Source: Octopus bimaculoides (lineage: Eukaryota). Taken from it: a stretch of 64,000 nucleotides of DNA. Where the stretch lies: the NCBI RefSeq assembly GCF_001194135.2, contig NC_068982.1:41100859-41164858 (forward strand), read 5' to 3'. Positions 62,770 to 64,000 of this stretch are shown here, piece after piece. Numbering within the stretch: position 1 is the first letter of the stretch; every line of letters begins with the position of its first letter. The position numbers and the translations under genes were made by a program. A model generated the notes under the pieces. It had not been told where the DNA came from. It did no database searches and worked only from the letters and a program-made list of their open reading frames with translations.

Positions 62770-63095
62770 ATTGTGAGATGAAGAACTGCAGTGAGGTGCA
62801 ATATGAAGAACTATAACAGAGTACAAGGATTGTGGCAAGATGAAGGACCATAGTAGATTCCCAACTTGCTGATGACCACAATGAGTTGAAAGACAGAGGA
62901 CCATAGTAGATTCCCAACTTGCTGATGACCACAATGAGTTGAAAGACAGAGGACCATAGTGGGTTGTAGGATGAAGAACTATAGCAGGTTGTAAGACAGA
63001 CAACCACAGTAGGTTGCAGGACAGAGGACCATTGTTGGTTGAAAGACAGATGGCCACAGTGAGCTACAGATGAAAAACCACAATGGGCTACAAGC
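62770..63095. repeat. Degenerate ~25-27 bp minisatellite containing an exact 53-bp higher-order duplication
   Basis: aggaccatagt starts at 62844, 62897 and 62950 (period 53). Decayed monomers like gacagaggaccatagtgggttgtag lie on both sides. Confidence 0.85.
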
Positions 63096-63675
63096 CGTAG
63101 CATAGCAAAATATTGTGAAACTCATCCAACCAAGGAAAAAAAGAAAAATCATATGTTAAGTGATGACTATATATAACAAAACTACTGAATCAATTTATAG
63201 CCGAGACCAAATTCTTGAAACAATACAAATCCCGTGCTGTAATTCTTTCCAGTTGTTAATTTTTATGGCAATTTCTTCTCTAATGTTTAATGCACGTTAT
63301 AAGGATAGTTGAAAGAAAATGATGCGGAAAACAATTGCAATTTATCAATTGAAGAAACATGTGTGGGGTGGGGGTGCATGAATATTTAGAACCCTCAGGA
63401 TTTCCGTTGGATCAACAGAATATTCTTTAAGCTACTGATAGCCACTGATTAATATATGAAATGAATTTTATTAGCAATGCAACTGTTAGGTTTTTAAGTC
63501 TTAAAATTCATTTTTCAATTAGGTTTCTAATGTTGCTGTTTGGTATCATAACATTGTGATATAACTGCATCTCAAGCTGACAGTTGTTTGTATCTTCAGT
63601 GTTGCTGTATGTAAATCAAGTTGAAAAGAGGACAAACCATTACTATATTTTATTTATCTATCTTTCTATGTATGA

Positions 63676-63867
63676 GACTATCATCTCTTCAGCCCCATGA
63701 AAGAGAGTTTGAGAGGCAAACATTATTCCAGTGATGAGAAAGTGAAAACTGTAGTGAAGAAGTGGCTCAAAGAACAGTCAACAGAATTTTACGAGGCAGG
63801 GATACATGCTCTCATTCGAAGGTAGAACATTGCTATTGAGAGAAACGGTGACAATGTTGAGAAGTAG
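63676..63867 (+). pseudogene. Mariner transposase C-terminal remnant
   Basis: Reads DYHLFSPMKESLRGKHYSSDEKVKTVVKKWLKEQSTEFYEAGIHALIRR*NIAIERNGDNVEK*. It starts at the DYHLF of the YSPDLAPSDYHLF motif and has one premature stop at a normally conserved Trp. Confidence 0.88.
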
Positions 63868-63936
63868 GGATGTGATCCACAGAGGACCAGTTTCATTTTG
63901 ATGTCCCTATGTTGGTGATTATACCTNNNNNNNNNN

Positions 63937-63971
<35 letters not shown>

Positions 63972-64000
63972 TGTGTGTGTGTGTGTGTGTAGTTGACATC

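Noticed and set aside
62770-63095. CRISPR-like repeat-spacer array (also considered for 53934-54130 and 10624-10721)
   Set aside because: There are no unique spacers between constant repeats and no cas genes, and the context is eukaryotic. These are tandem minisatellites.
50218-64000. Next TBC1D12/14 exon (expected to encode an E-x-K...W-x-x-EILPNW-like segment)
   Set aside because: I found no matching frame after a plausible acceptor. It probably lies beyond the window or in a gap.

Overview
AT-rich eukaryotic draft-assembly sequence with seven N gaps. The repeat families and the density of microsatellites point to a coleoid cephalopod, most likely Octopus; this comes from recognising the repeats, not from a database search. 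The only host gene I can support is a + strand TBC1D12/TBC1D14-family Rab-GAP, seen as two phase-compatible internal exons (13634-13864 and 50135-50217) joined by a ~36.3 kb GT-AG intron. Its other exons, including the TBC domain, were not found in the window. The rest is a mosaic of tRNA-derived SINEs, RTE-clade LINE fragments, an R4/Dong-like LINE with a restriction-like endonuclease, mariner, hAT and TTAA-type MITEs, a Helentron-type HINE, minisatellites and microsatellites. The most interesting signals are: (1) a 78-bp near-perfect hairpin at 4877-5040; (2) a ~380-bp zero-loop foldback at 52833-53209 with a strand-biased mismatch spectrum; (3) modular SINEs that share heads but carry different 3' modules; and (4) an (ATT)n-linked pile-up of elements at 55.4-58.5 kb that includes the R4/Dong-like LINE. 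I found no CRISPR array, rRNA or true tRNA gene. Almost all of the supplied ORFs are spurious. Coordinates of old repeats are approximate, to about +/-10 bp.
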